Below are positions 55,755 to 64,000 of a stretch of DNA of 64,000 nt, in pieces. How positions within the stretch are numbered: position 1 is the stretch's first letter; every line of letters begins with the position of its first letter. The notes beneath the pieces are model-generated. The model searched no databases and was not told the origin of the DNA. It was given only the letters and a program-made list of their open reading frames with translations. This DNA comes from an uncultured Chloroflexia bacterium (GTDB lineage: Bacteria > Chloroflexota > Limnocylindria > Limnocylindrales > CSP1-4): contig CAWBTQ010000006.1 in NCBI GenBank assembly GCA_963791725.1, forward strand, positions 111,519-175,518, given 5' to 3'. The position numbers were made by a program, and so were the translations under genes.

Positions 55755-56381
55755 ATGTCTGACCAGCAAGCTCTCGTTACGGGCTCGCAGTACTGGATGA
55801 TCCTCTCTATTGCGGCGATCCTGCCGATCCTGTGGGCCTTCACCCTGGCGCTCCACTTCGCCCGCCCCTATGTCATTCGCTATCTGCAGACGCTGACCTT
55901 GCGGTTCGGTGGCGACGTGTGGTGGCTGAGCTACGTCCTGATCCGCGATGGGCTGCTCGTGGTGACCTTTGCCCTGAGCGCGATCTTCCTCTTCCCCAAC
56001 GTCTACATGAGCGCCGACCTGGGCGTCCCGATCACGGCGCCGATAGCCGCCCTGGTCCTCTTCTGGGCCCTGCTCGCCAAGCTGACGGGTGACTCCGACG
56101 ACGACCCGCGCACGTTCCGCATCGTCTCGGTCCTGCTCGTCGTGGCGTCGGCGCTCTACATCGTTCCGCAGATCTACGGCGTCGAGGCCGGCGACCAGGT
56201 CGACTCGCTGAACTCGATCGCCAACCTGGGCGGCATCCCCGGAGCGCTGGTCAGCGGCTCGAACCCGAGCCTCTCGTACCCGATCCTGAACCTCAGCCTG
56301 CTTGGCTTCGCCGCCACGGGCGCGGTCATCTTCCTCTGGTTCATGAGCAAGACCAAGTTCGAGGCTGCCGAAATCGCGTAA
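55755..56381 (+). CDS. Uncharacterised ~5-TM membrane protein (paralog B)
   Basis: SD AGGAG; aligns by eye with paralog A over its full length. Confidence 0.85.
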   Translation: MSDQQALVTGSQYWMILSIAAILPILWAFTLALHFARPYVIRYLQTLTLRFGGDVWWLSYVLIRDGLLVVTFALSAIFLFPNVYMSADLGVPITAPIAALVLFWALLAKLTGDSDDDPRTFRIVSVLLVVASALYIVPQIYGVEAGDQVDSLNSIANLGGIPGALVSGSNPSLSYPILNLSLLGFAATGAVIFLWFMSKTKFEAAEIA

Positions 56382-56412
56382 CCGGCGATCCAGTCACTCG
56401 CCGCAAACGCAC

Positions 56413-56446
56413 AGGACCGCCGCTCTTCGGAGCGGCGGTCCTTCTG
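56413..56446. terminator. Intrinsic terminator with a C(UUCG)G loop
   Basis: aggaccgccgctc-ttcg-gagcggcggtcct followed by tctgatt, between convergent operons. Confidence 0.88.
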
Positions 56447-56473
56447 ATTCCGAGGGCGGGAGTGGACGACCTG

Positions 56474-57364
56474 TCAGCGCTGGCGATCGCGACCGGTGCC
56501 ACGGAGATTGGGCGGGATCGCGGCGGCGGCGGCCTCGTCCACGATCCAGATCGCGCCGGTTCGGCGGGTGCGCTGAACCGGCCAGCGGCGGTCGTCTCTG
56601 ACTTCTCCGAACACGTGACCGAGGGCCTCGGCCTTGGCCGCTCCGTTGGTAACGACCAGGACCGGTGCCGCTTCCAGCAGCCGCGGATTGACGGTCACGC
56701 GGGGCAAGTGCGGTCCGATATGCGCCGGCGCCGGTACGCCCATCGTCCAGGCCATGCTCTTGAGCGCCGGCGAATCCGGGAAGCACGACAGCACGTGGCC
56801 GTCGTTGCCCACGCCGACGAGGATCAGGTCGAAGGCAGGCCAATTGCCTTCGACGAGCGGCAGTTGAGCGGCCATCTCCTCCGCGTATCGTGCCGCACAC
56901 CAGTGGGTGTCGTGGTATTCGGCGATGGCGCGATCCGTCGGGAAGGGGTGGACGTTGGCCGACGGCACCGGGGCTCCGCCGGTCGATTCCGCGCCGCCCA
57001 GGAGAACGTCGTCGAAGGCGGCAACATTGGACTCGGGGTGGCCCCGGGGCACGAAGCGATCGTCGCCCCACCAGACGTGGACGTTCGCCCAGGGGATCAG
57101 ATCGACCAGGGGCGACTGCGACAGCAACCTGTAGATGGGTATCGGTGTATTGCCGCCCGTGGTACAGAAGTCGGCCCGACCGCGTCGGTCGACTGCCGCG
57201 ACGAGCACCGCCGAGATCCTCGCAGCCGCTTCTCGGGCCACGTCGTCCACGGTCGCCGCTACGACGAGCTCCGGCTCGCCCATGTTGGGGGCCGGCAGCG
57301 CGATCGCGGTCGTTCCGGACATCCCATTGGCTCCGGGGGCGAGGTCCGGCTCCTGCTCACTCAT
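56474..57364 (-). CDS. pgl: 6-phosphogluconolactonase
   Basis: TTGGNTP, VWWGDDRFVP..HPESN, FDLILVGVGNDGHVLSCFP, RVTVN. Follows opcA. Confidence 0.93.
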   Translation of the reverse strand: MSEQEPDLAPGANGMSGTTAIALPAPNMGEPELVVAATVDDVAREAAARISAVLVAAVDRRGRADFCTTGGNTPIPIYRLLSQSPLVDLIPWANVHVWWGDDRFVPRGHPESNVAAFDDVLLGGAESTGGAPVPSANVHPFPTDRAIAEYHDTHWCAARYAEEMAAQLPLVEGNWPAFDLILVGVGNDGHVLSCFPDSPALKSMAWTMGVPAPAHIGPHLPRVTVNPRLLEAAPVLVVTNGAAKAEALGHVFGEVRDDRRWPVQRTRRTGAIWIVDEAAAAAIPPNLRGTGRDRQR

Positions 57365-58728
57365 GGTCCTGGCTCCTGTACCGGGTGGGCGCGCTCGGCC
57401 CCCTGCTGGTCCTTGCCATGGTCCTCGATCGGGGCCGCGGCGTTCCTACGTGCCGGCCCGCCAGATCCGGCCTTATGCGAATTCGAATCTGCGCCCAGAA
57501 GTCGATGGGCCATGGCAAGTGCGTCCACCGCGACCGGATCGGCGGCCCCTTCCTCCACCGCACGCGCCAGAAGATCGACGTCTGAGAGGCGAGGCGCGGC
57601 ATAGTTGCGCCGGATCCGCTCGCGTCCGTCGTCCGACACCGACACGTCGACGTGACGATCGTCGGCCGCGACCCTGCCGATCAGTTCTGCGCCGCGCAAC
57701 CGTGAGGTTATCTCCACTCGGGCGGTGGAACCCGGTCCGAGATCCGAAGAGACGGACCGCAGCACGACCTCGACCGCGTGGTCCCGCTGACGGAGAGTGG
57801 CGAGCCGCCGCCCGCGCTCCGCCCGGCTCATCGGCGAGACGACGGTCATTCCAAGTCGCGACGCCAGCCAGGCCACGTGGTAGAGCGGGCGGACCACGTT
57901 CGTCGTCCAATCGGGGTCTCCCGGCGTGGCTGCGGCGTACTCCACTTCGATGCGGCGGACCGCCCCGAGATGCGGCCGCAGATCCGGCAGGTCGTACATC
58001 GATGCCAGGGCCTCGCGCCACCGGTACTGCCGCAGCAACGCCCAGTCCGCGACCACGAGTCTGCGCTCCTCGGCAACAACCGCCAGCCTGTCGAGCAAGT
58101 CGAGGCCGTCACCGGACCAGGCCGACCCGTCGACGATCAGCCGGTCGGCGATGGGCAGGAGGCGATCGGCCCGGTGGCTGCCGAACGGCGGGTCGTTCGG
58201 CCACCACATCGCGACGGGGAGATCGTGCACGAGCAGCGGCACGATGATCGAGGCCAGGTGGTTGCCGGTCTCGCCGCGGGCGGTGACGTAGATCGTTTCG
58301 GCCCCAGTCTCGGCTCGGCCGTCGGCTGTGGTCAACGACAGGGCCTCGATCTGAGCTTCGAGACCCGCCTCACCCTCGGGCTCATTCGCGGAGAGGATGA
58401 TCGACCGCGAGGCGTGGCGGCTAGCCGTCGCGGTGATGATCGCCGCGCACCGCCTGGCCGTGCTGCTGTCGCCGGCCAGCACGACCAGGTTCAGCACACT
58501 GGTGCGGGCCGCGACGTGGTGGGCGGCGGCATCGCTCGTCTCCCGAGCCGCGGCGAGCGCGGCTGCGGCGCGAGCCGCGGCCTCCGCCTGAGCGGCGACG
58601 AGCGCCGCCTCGGCCTTCGCCGCTTCGGCCCTGGCGACGGCGGCGTGGGCCCAGAGCTTGCCCAGCTGGCCCTCGATCTCCGAGACGGAGCGGGCCACGG
58701 GAGGTGAGGGTTTCAGATCCTTCGCCAC
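57361..58728 (-). CDS. opcA: Glucose-6-phosphate dehydrogenase assembly protein OpcA
   Basis: RTSVLNLVV, HASRSI, SIIVPLLVHDLPVAMWWP, RLIVDG, ADWALLRQYRWREALA. Confidence 0.9.
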   Translation of the reverse strand: MAKDLKPSPPVARSVSEIEGQLGKLWAHAAVARAEAAKAEAALVAAQAEAAARAAAALAAARETSDAAAHHVAARTSVLNLVVLAGDSSTARRCAAIITATASRHASRSIILSANEPEGEAGLEAQIEALSLTTADGRAETGAETIYVTARGETGNHLASIIVPLLVHDLPVAMWWPNDPPFGSHRADRLLPIADRLIVDGSAWSGDGLDLLDRLAVVAEERRLVVADWALLRQYRWREALASMYDLPDLRPHLGAVRRIEVEYAAATPGDPDWTTNVVRPLYHVAWLASRLGMTVVSPMSRAERGRRLATLRQRDHAVEVVLRSVSSDLGPGSTARVEITSRLRGAELIGRVAADDRHVDVSVSDDGRERIRRNYAAPRLSDVDLLARAVEEGAADPVAVDALAMAHRLLGADSNSHKAGSGGPARRNAAAPIEDHGKDQQGAERAHPVQEPGP

Positions 58729-60341
58729 CGTCTACCGTCCCGTTCCAAGAGCTCATCGGCCGACTCCGGCCCCCAGGAGCCGGCGGCGTAGTTGGGGAAA
58801 TGCGGCGCCTGCATCTCGGACCAGGCGTTGATGATCGGCGTGACCACGGCCCAGGCGGCCTCGACCTCGTCCGACCGGGTGAACAGCGAGGCGTCGCCAA
58901 GAAGCGAGTCGAGGATCAGCGTCTCGTAGGCATCCGGCGAATCAACGACGAACGAGGTGTCGTAGGCGAAGTCCATGTTGACGGTCCGGACGTCCAGTCC
59001 GAGTCCGGGCACCTTGGCGGCGAAGCGGAGCATGATCCCCTCGTCGGGCTGGATACGCATCGCCAGCACGTTCGGTGCCGGATCGCCGGTGGACTCGCGG
59101 AAGAGCCGCAGCGGCACCTCCTTGAACTGGATCGCGATCTCGGTCGCGCGCTTCGGAAGCCGCTTGCCCGCGCGGAGGTAGAAGGGGACGCCGCTCCAGC
59201 GCCAGTCGTCGATCTCGAACCGGCCGGCGACGTAGGTCTCGGTCTCGGACTCGGGGTCTACCTCGGGCTCCCCGCGGTAGCCGGAGGCCGGCTCGCCCTG
59301 GACCCAGCCGGGGCCGTATTGACCACGCACCACGTTTCGGCGGACATGCTCGGCGTCCGGGGCCGCGATCGCCCGGAGGACCTGAAGCTTCTGGTCGCGC
59401 AGCGCGTCGGCCTGGAACGACGACGGCGGCTCCATGGCGACGAGGGTCATCAGCTGCAGGAGGTGGTTCTGGAGGATGTCGCGGCTGGCGCCGGTCTCCT
59501 CGTAGAACGAGCCTCGATTTTCCACGCCGATCGATTCGGCAACGGTGATCTGGACGTGGTCGACGAAGCTGCGATTCCAGACCGGCTCGAAGATGCCATT
59601 GCCGAACCGGAAGACGAGCAGGTTGCGGACGGTCTCCTTGCCCAGGTAATGGTCGATGCGATAGACCTGCGATTCGCGGAAGACCTTGTTCACCTCGTGG
59701 TTGAGGTGGCGGGCCGATTCCAGGTCGCGGCCGAACGGCTTCTCGACGATCACGCGCCGCCAGCCCGTCCCGCGGACCTCGTGGTCGAGCCCGACTCGGC
59801 CGATCTGGCGCACGATCTCGGTGACCTGCGAGGGCTGCGTGGCGAGATAGAAGAGCCGGTTGCCGGCCGTGCCGCATTTCGCGTCGAGCTCGTCGAGCGC
59901 CTCGACCAGCCGGTCGAACCCGGCGTCGTCCGAGAAGTCGAGCTGCTGGTACTTGATGCGCTTGGCCAGCTCGGCCCAGGCGGCTTCGTCGATCGGCTGG
60001 ACGCGGGAGTACTTGTCCAGCGAGGCCCGCAACTCCGCCGCGAACGCCTCGCTGGAGTACGGCCGGCGAGCGACCGCGACCAGGCTGAACTCGGCCGGCA
60101 GCAGATTGGTGCGCCACAGCTGGTAGATCGCCGGGACGACCTTGCGGTGGGCGAGGTCGCCCGTGGCGCCGAACAGGACGAAGGCGCATGGGTCCGGCAC
60201 CCGTTCCAGGCGGAGACCCTGTCGGAGGGGGTTCACGTCGACGTCGGACCGCGCGCGGCGGCGGGCGGCGGCGGCGGCTTCGCGGAGCTGCAGCGCCGTT
60301 CGGGCCGGCGGTCGCGGGCTCGGCGCTCGAGGAGGGCTCAT
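58713..60341 (-). CDS. zwf: Glucose-6-phosphate 1-dehydrogenase (start uncertain)
   Basis: VLFGATGDLAHRK, IVEKPFG, YRIDHYLGKE, DILQNHL, RWSGVPFYLRAGK, DAYETL, YAAGSWGP. Confidence 0.97.
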   Translation of the reverse strand: MSPPRAPSPRPPARTALQLREAAAAARRRARSDVDVNPLRQGLRLERVPDPCAFVLFGATGDLAHRKVVPAIYQLWRTNLLPAEFSLVAVARRPYSSEAFAAELRASLDKYSRVQPIDEAAWAELAKRIKYQQLDFSDDAGFDRLVEALDELDAKCGTAGNRLFYLATQPSQVTEIVRQIGRVGLDHEVRGTGWRRVIVEKPFGRDLESARHLNHEVNKVFRESQVYRIDHYLGKETVRNLLVFRFGNGIFEPVWNRSFVDHVQITVAESIGVENRGSFYEETGASRDILQNHLLQLMTLVAMEPPSSFQADALRDQKLQVLRAIAAPDAEHVRRNVVRGQYGPGWVQGEPASGYRGEPEVDPESETETYVAGRFEIDDWRWSGVPFYLRAGKRLPKRATEIAIQFKEVPLRLFRESTGDPAPNVLAMRIQPDEGIMLRFAAKVPGLGLDVRTVNMDFAYDTSFVVDSPDAYETLILDSLLGDASLFTRSDEVEAAWAVVTPIINAWSEMQAPHFPNYAAGSWGPESADELLERDGRRWRRI

Positions 60342-60393
60342 CGGGCTGCCGCTCCGAGGATCGTGCGCTTGTCGAAGCCCAGGTCCATCTGCG

Positions 60394-62167
60394 TCATCCC
60401 TCCGCGAGAGCGGCGGCCATGGCCCGACCGAGGACGGCAAGACCGGAGTCTGGGTCCTGCCCGAGATTCACTCGGAGGATCGGGAGCTTGTGGTCCTCGA
60501 TCGTCCGAGCGTCACCCAGGGACTGGGCGCCGATCAGCTGGCCGAAGGTATAGGCGCGTGCCGGGGATTCCGCGATCCTCCGGGTGCTCGGCCACGAGCT
60601 GCAGGAACCAGCCGATCGGGGCTCCGCCCTTGTGGAGCTGGCCGGTGGAATGCAGGAAACGCGGTCCGTAGCCCACCGTGGTGGCTCGATGGGTCCGGTC
60701 GCGCAGCTGGGTCCGGATCGCGGCCAGGGCGGCGTCGCGGGCCGGCGTCTGGGCGATGTATGCCTGGATCGAGGCGTAACCGTTCGGAGCGAGGTTCGCG
60801 AGGTGCGCCTTGATGGCCGCCGACAGGGCCACCTCGTCGGCGGCGCCGATCGCCGGCGAGGTATCCCCGGCCGCGCCTCCGCCCGACTCGAACTGGGCCA
60901 GAACGGCCCGGGTGTTGGTCTTTGCCTCCTCGACATTCGGCTGGTCGAACGGGTCGATGCCGAGGACGGCGCCGGCGAACGCGGTCGCGATCTCCCAGCG
61001 AACGAACTCCGCGCCGAGCTCGATCGTCGAGCCGACTTCGAGGCGGATGACGGGATGACCGGCGGCGGCCAGCTCCGCCAGGCGAGCGTCGACGTTCGTG
61101 CCGATCACCGGCTCCGGCCCGGCCGAGCCGGCCAGGGCGATGCGCACGAAGACCCGATCGTCGCCGTACGCGGGGAGAGTGCCCAGCGGCTCTCCGTCCA
61201 CCGGCACTACGCCGACGCCGCGCCCATCGGCAGAGCCGAGCGGCGCCTTGCCGGTGGACTCGGCGATGAGCTGCTCGACCCATGGCCCGAAGGCGGCCAG
61301 CTCACGGTCGATGACGAATGTCAGCTTGTCGCGCCCTTCGCGGGCGAAGACGCCCATCGCCAGGCCCAAGGCCAGACCGGGGTTGGCGGCCGGATCGGTG
61401 ACCGTGCACGCCTCGACCATCGCCCGAGCCTTTTCGAGGAGCGTGTCGAGTTCTACTCCGAGAAGCGCACCCGGAACAAGCCCCACGTAGGTCAAGGCGG
61501 AATAGCGGCCGCCCACGTCCGGCGGGTTCAGGAAGACCTCGCGCAGGCGGTCGTGGTGGGGGATCGACTTGAGGCTCTTGTCCGGGTCCGTGATTGCGGC
61601 CATGAAGTTGCCCGGCTCTGCCGGCCAGACGCCGGCGACCTCCTGAGCGGCTTCGATGCGGGCCCACTGGTAGGCCTGGAACGAGAGCGACTCGGCCGTG
61701 GTGCCGGACTTGGTCGAGACGATGAACAGCGTGGAGAGAGGATCCAGGTCGTCGAGGGTCGCACTGACTGCGGCCGGGTCCGTAGAGTCGAGGACGCGGA
61801 CCAGAATGCCGTCGTCGGACGAACCGAAGACGTGGGTCATGAGTGCAGGGGCGAGGCTGCTGCCGCCCATTCCGCCCAGGACGGCGGCCTTGAAACCCTC
61901 GGCCCGAAGCTCGCCCGCGAATGCCTTGAGCTCGGCCGTCTCGTCGGCGAAGTGGAACGGCGCCTCCAGCCAGCCAAGGCGCGTGGCTATCGCACGCTGG
62001 ACGACGTCTTCCTTGCTCCATACCGACGGGTCGCGCCGGCCGATCGCCCGCTCGGCCCAATCCTCGGTGACCGCACGGTCGCGCGCGGCGGCCAACGCCG
62101 CATCCAGCCTCGCGTCCTCGAGCGTGAGGTCCAGAGCGAGAGAACGGGCGGGAGTCGGTTCGGTCAT
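60394..62167 (-). CDS. pgi: Glucose-6-phosphate isomerase (Tal-Pgi C-terminal type; frameshift at ~60555)
   Basis: RLGWL, GMGGSSL, STKSGTTAE, VGGRYSAL, EQLIAESTGK, PFDQPNVEEAK, GPRFLHSTGQLHKGG. Confidence 0.9.
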
Positions 62168-62241
62168 TTGCGGAGGCCTCATGTTTGGCTGGAGCGTTGC
62201 GGCGGCCGGCTGAGCCCCGTGCGTTGGCCGGTCGTCATGGA

Positions 62242-62712
62242 CTAGCCGGCCCGCTCCATGCGGGCGGCTTCCTTCTCGATGGCGTTGATCTTGCCGACGC
62301 GCCGGACGTGGCGAGCGGCCCCGCTGAATCGTGCAGCAAGGAAACTCTCGGCGCACGAGACGGCCGTCTCCACGCCGATCACGCGGGCTCCCAGAGCCAG
62401 CACGTTCATGTCGTCATGCTCGACGCCCTGACCGGCGGAGTAGGTGTCGTGGCAGAGCCCGGCTCGTATCCCGGGCATCTTGGACGCGGCGATCGAGGCG
62501 CCCACGCCGCTGCCGCACACGAGTATGCCGCGCTCGGCCCGGCCTTCGAGGATCGCCAGGGCCAGGGCTCGAGCGTAGTCCGGGTAATCGTCCTGCGGGT
62601 CAGAACCGTCGCCACCGAGGTCGATCAGCTCGTGGCCCAACGGCCGGAGACGGTCGAGCAACTCGGCTTTGAGCTCGAATCCGGCGTGGTCTGCCGCCAA
62701 TGCGATCCTCAT
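62242..62712 (-). CDS. rpiB: Ribose-5-phosphate isomerase B
   Basis: [51 protein letters not shown]. Confidence 0.95.
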   Translation of the reverse strand: MRIALAADHAGFELKAELLDRLRPLGHELIDLGGDGSDPQDDYPDYARALALAILEGRAERGILVCGSGVGASIAASKMPGIRAGLCHDTYSAGQGVEHDDMNVLALGARVIGVETAVSCAESFLAARFSGAARHVRRVGKINAIEKEAARMERAG

Positions 62713-62720
62713 GTCGCTCC

Positions 62721-64000
62721 TCAACAGCTCTCCGGACCATGTTCGGCCGTCGGAACGCGCCCGCTGAAGCCGTCGCGTACGACCTTGCGGCCGATCTCGG
62801 CGACTCGATCGGCCGTGAAGCCGAAGTGGCTCATGACCACGCCGCCGGGCGCCGACGCCCCGAAGTGATCGATGCCGATGATCGCCCCGTCGGTTCCGGC
62901 GTAGCGTTCCCAGCCGAGCGGGCTCAGAGCTTCCACGCTCACCCGTTTTCGCGAGGAACGGGGCAGGACGGACTCACGGTAGGCTGCCGCTTGAGTCTCG
63001 AAGCGTTCCCAGGACGGCAGGCTCACGACTCTGGTTCGGATGCCCTCCCGCTCCAGAGACTCCGCCGCGTCGGATGCCAGCTCGAGCTCCGAGCCGGTGG
63101 CGATGATGATCAGGTCCGGCTTGGCCGCGTCGCCGGATGCGTCGCGGAGGACGTATCCGCCCCTGGCCACGCCCTCGCGGGCCTTCTCGGCGGTCCCGGC
63201 CATCGTCGTCACTTTCTGGCGGGTCAGGATCAGCGCGGTAGGGCCATCCCGGCGCTCGATTGCGCAGCGCCAAGCCGCTACGGCCTCGTTGGCGTCTCCG
63301 GGCCGTATCACGTCGAGGTTGGGGATCGTCCGCAGCGCCGCCACGTGTTCTACTGGTTGATGCGTCGGGCCGTCCTCGCCGAGCGCGACCGAGTCGTGGG
63401 TCCAGACGTAGATGACCCCCAGGCAGCTCAACGCCGCCAGCCGGACCGCACCGCGCATGTAGTCGCTGAAGGTCAGGAACGTGGCCGCGTAAGGGATGAA
63501 GCCGCCGTAGAGCGCGATGCCGTTCGCGATCGCGCCCATGCCGTGCTCGCGGACGCCGAAGCGGATGTTGCGGCCGCCTGCGTCGCCGGCCTCGAACAGG
63601 CCGCCGCCGGCGACGTCGGTGAGGTTCGATTCGGAGAGGTCGGCCGCCCCACCGAAGAGCTCCGGCAGCCTGCCGGCGAGGGCGTTTATGGCCTCGCTGC
63701 CGGCCTTCCGGGTCGGCACCCCTTCGCCTGCGGCATATGTCTTCAGACCGCTCGCCCAGCCGTCGGGCAGCCGGCGGTTCAAGCGGCGGTCCAGCTCCGC
63801 GGCCTCGGCCGGATAGTCCTTGCGGTAGCGAGCCAGGCTCTCGGTCCACTCCGCCACCAGCTTCTCGCCGGCCGGACCGGCGGCGCGAAAGACGGCCAGC
63901 GCCTCGTCGGGGACGAAGAAGTGCTTGTCCGGATCCCAGCCATAGGACTGCTTTGCGCCGCGAACCTCGTCTTCGCCCAGGGCGGCCCCGTGCGCCTTCT
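62721..64000 (-). CDS. tkt: Transketolase (5' end runs off the window)
   Basis: [57 protein letters not shown]. Confidence 0.97.
   Translation of the reverse strand, partial: KAHGAALGEDEVRGAKQSYGWDPDKHFFVPDEALAVFRAAGPAGEKLVAEWTESLARYRKDYPAEAAELDRRLNRRLPDGWASGLKTYAAGEGVPTRKAGSEAINALAGRLPELFGGAADLSESNLTDVAGGGLFEAGDAGGRNIRFGVREHGMGAIANGIALYGGFIPYAATFLTFSDYMRGAVRLAALSCLGVIYVWTHDSVALGEDGPTHQPVEHVAALRTIPNLDVIRPGDANEAVAAWRCAIERRDGPTALILTRQKVTTMAGTAEKAREGVARGGYVLRDASGDAAKPDLIIIATGSELELASDAAESLEREGIRTRVVSLPSWERFETQAAAYRESVLPRSSRKRVSVEALSPLGWERYAGTDGAIIGIDHFGASAPGGVVMSHFGFTADRVAEIGRKVVRDGFSGRVPTAEHGPESC

Noticed and set aside
39693-56442. Two terminators sharing the decamer AGCGGCGGTC as a REP-like family
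   Set aside because: Only two copies, with swapped arms. This is plausible by chance in GC-rich stems.

Overview
A ~69% GC bacterial chromosomal window. Gene content and style suggest Chloroflexota, possibly Limnocylindria-like; this is an inference. No prophage, IS element, CRISPR array, rRNA or tRNA gene was recognised. Order: rph-mazG-SurA/PrsA foldase; a GT4 plus wbpA/B/D/E/I-like amino-sugar cluster; a 15-residue-repeat beta-solenoid protein; a secreted clan-CD protease-like surface protein; rmlD-rmlB-rmlA; mreC-mreB-radC; a run of membrane and zinc-ribbon proteins with a CPBP protease and UPF0182; guaA; metH; a divergent TrxB-like flavoprotein; a methyltransferase; a small zinc-finger ORF with a degenerate GGDEF protein; an SbcD/Rad50-like pair with YciI; two paralogous surface proteins; an MFS transporter; citrate synthase; MarR with a zinc ribbon; a NarX/NarL-type two-component system followed by a ferredoxin-fused GltD/NfnB-like Fe-S flavoprotein and two paralogous uncharacterised membrane proteins; and a tkt-rpiB-pgi-zwf-opcA-pgl operon. 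About 13 single-base frameshifts break otherwise intact genes, most likely from sequencing or assembly errors. The best candidate for an undescribed system is the two-component-regulated Fe-S flavoprotein plus paired membrane protein operon (50802-56442). It has a candidate GGTAGGG-N5-CCCTACC operator that also occurs upstream of citrate synthase.
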